Assembly: GCF_006345805.1 (NCBI RefSeq)
Contig: NW_021836170.1
Location: 4,480-68,479 of the forward strand
DNA: 64,000 nucleotides
Source: Octopus sinensis
Lineage: Eukaryota
Direction: 5' to 3'
Part shown: piece by piece, positions 62,789 through 64,000 of the stretch
How the letters are laid out: every line of letters starts with the position of its first letter
Position numbering within the stretch: position 1 is the first letter of the stretch
Notes under the pieces: generated by a model
The model's database searches: none
Told to the model about the DNA's origin: nothing
Seen by the model: the letters and a program-made list of their open reading frames with translations, nothing else
Position numbers and translations under genes: made by a program

Positions 62789-64000
62789 ATGTGTGACGAT
62801 TTTGATCTTGTGTCATTTATGCTTGGGAATACTGACGAAGGCGAGTCCCAGGAAGATTTACTCGACAAAAAAAAATTGGTTGGATTTAATATTGAAATTA
62901 TATAAAAAGAATGATAGCAAAATAAATTATCTTCTTAAAAATGTTTTTGAAGTTGACTACATTGAAGACGAAAAATCTAATGAAGAATCTTTTGGTACAA
63001 TTCTTCGTCTAAATTTTCACCAAAAAGATTTTTGTAGAACTTCGATTGATCAAAAAAGCGTCGACGCAATTGACTTTTTTGACTTTGATGAGGCTTGTGA
63101 AGAAGTTCTTCTTTCTGACAAAACAACGTCAAATTCGCTCATTCAACCAAATTTCTCAAACGAGTTGTTTTTTGATAATATAAATAGGATTCCGTTTTCT
63201 GAAAAAAGGGAGAACTCAGTTAGTGACAAAGTTTACAAAACTCCTCTCGGAATGCTTATGCCAGAAATTTTAAAGGACATTCCAATCAACCAAATATTTC
63301 CAAAATTTACCAGAGACAAACCATTGCGATTTTCAATGTTGAATTCGACAGATTTTTACGATTTCGACTATAAAATACCCGAAAATAAAAGTAATTCAAT
63401 CAAATCTGTATTGGCTTAGAAATCGACATTCGAGCTACTCGTCCGCGTGATCCAAGCACGTGGGAATGCGTGGAAGATGGTCTCGATTGCTTAAGAAGAC
63501 ACAAACATTCAATATCCTCAAAACAAACTGATGTGACACCAACTCAAAAGGAATCTCAAATAACAACTAATAATTCTCGATTTGGTCTTTGCCAAGTGTG
63601 GTATGACCTTATGGGAACCAATTCCGACTGTTCAGACCTCACTTATGGTTTCACAGTTAATAAAGTATGAGTCTTTGATTATATGAAAGAACGTTTTGTC
63701 CCCAACGATTATTGTCGACGGACTGTCTTCGCTGCCATTTACCGAGCATCGATATCTTATGGTGACACAAAAGAAATGGGAGGAAAGTATTGTCTGGGAT
63801 CTGAACCACGCTAAGCCTACTACACAATCGGTTAAAGGAAAGCGATGTTCTGGGTGGACGGCGCTCCAAATCAGGAGTAATTCTATTCCATCCCATGTGA
63901 AACCTGGTTTGGCTGTGTTGTTTTGACTAATAAGCAACGATGGGACATTTGTGTAGCACAATGATATTTTTCACGGAGAATTATGAGATGATGTATTCAG
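62789..64000 (+). CDS. TAF1: TFIID subunit 1, N-terminal part; gene runs off the window
   Basis: MCDDFDLVSFMLGNTDEG (TAND-like; putative 31-nt intron follows), SVDAIDFFDFDE (cf. DAVDYSDINE), IFPKFTRDKPLRF (cf. LFPEFRPGKVLRF), WYDLMG..YGF, YLMVTQKKWEESIVWD (cf. FLMVTQLHWEDDIIWD). Confidence 0.92.

Noticed and set aside
62793-63419. 208-aa ORF with an apparent signal peptide (MTILILCHLCLG)
   Set aside because: The true start is ATG 62789 in another frame, joined by a short intron to give the TAF1 N-terminus; the GTG-start leader is an artefact.

Overview
AT-rich eukaryotic DNA read with the standard genetic code, not bacterial. An innexin, XBP1, CLEC16A and a class I Rab11-FIP indicate an animal. 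The GT-AG introns I checked base by base are 25-31 nt (a few others run to about 70 nt) and the proteins are strongly diverged, which points to a reduced parasitic metazoan. A myxozoan cnidarian is my best guess; a dicyemid or orthonectid is not excluded. Host genes found: SMYD, CLEC16A, SLC30A/ZnT, FLAD1, XBP1, an SLC5 transporter, a disrupted EXOSC5, innexin, Rab11-FIP, TMEM19, HARS1, the 5' part of TAF1, and tRNA-Arg(TCG). They sit between decayed transposons: RTE, CRE, R4-like and I/Jockey non-LTR elements, plus Tc1, Tigger/pogo, hAT and Ginger DNA elements. Highlights: (1) a complete IRE1-XBP1 switch with a 20-nt unconventional intron in twin stem-loops; (2) a Rab11-FIP carrying an extra Sec5/EXOC2-like IPT domain; (3) a structured SINE-like repeat with a hammerhead-like core in one copy; (4) a three-level transposon nest with all TSDs intact; (5) a foldback MITE with 21-bp TAATCC arrays; (6) an inverted duplication of the SLC5 gene. 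Gene identifications rest on motifs I recalled, not on database searches. Ends of decayed elements and some gene ends are approximate.
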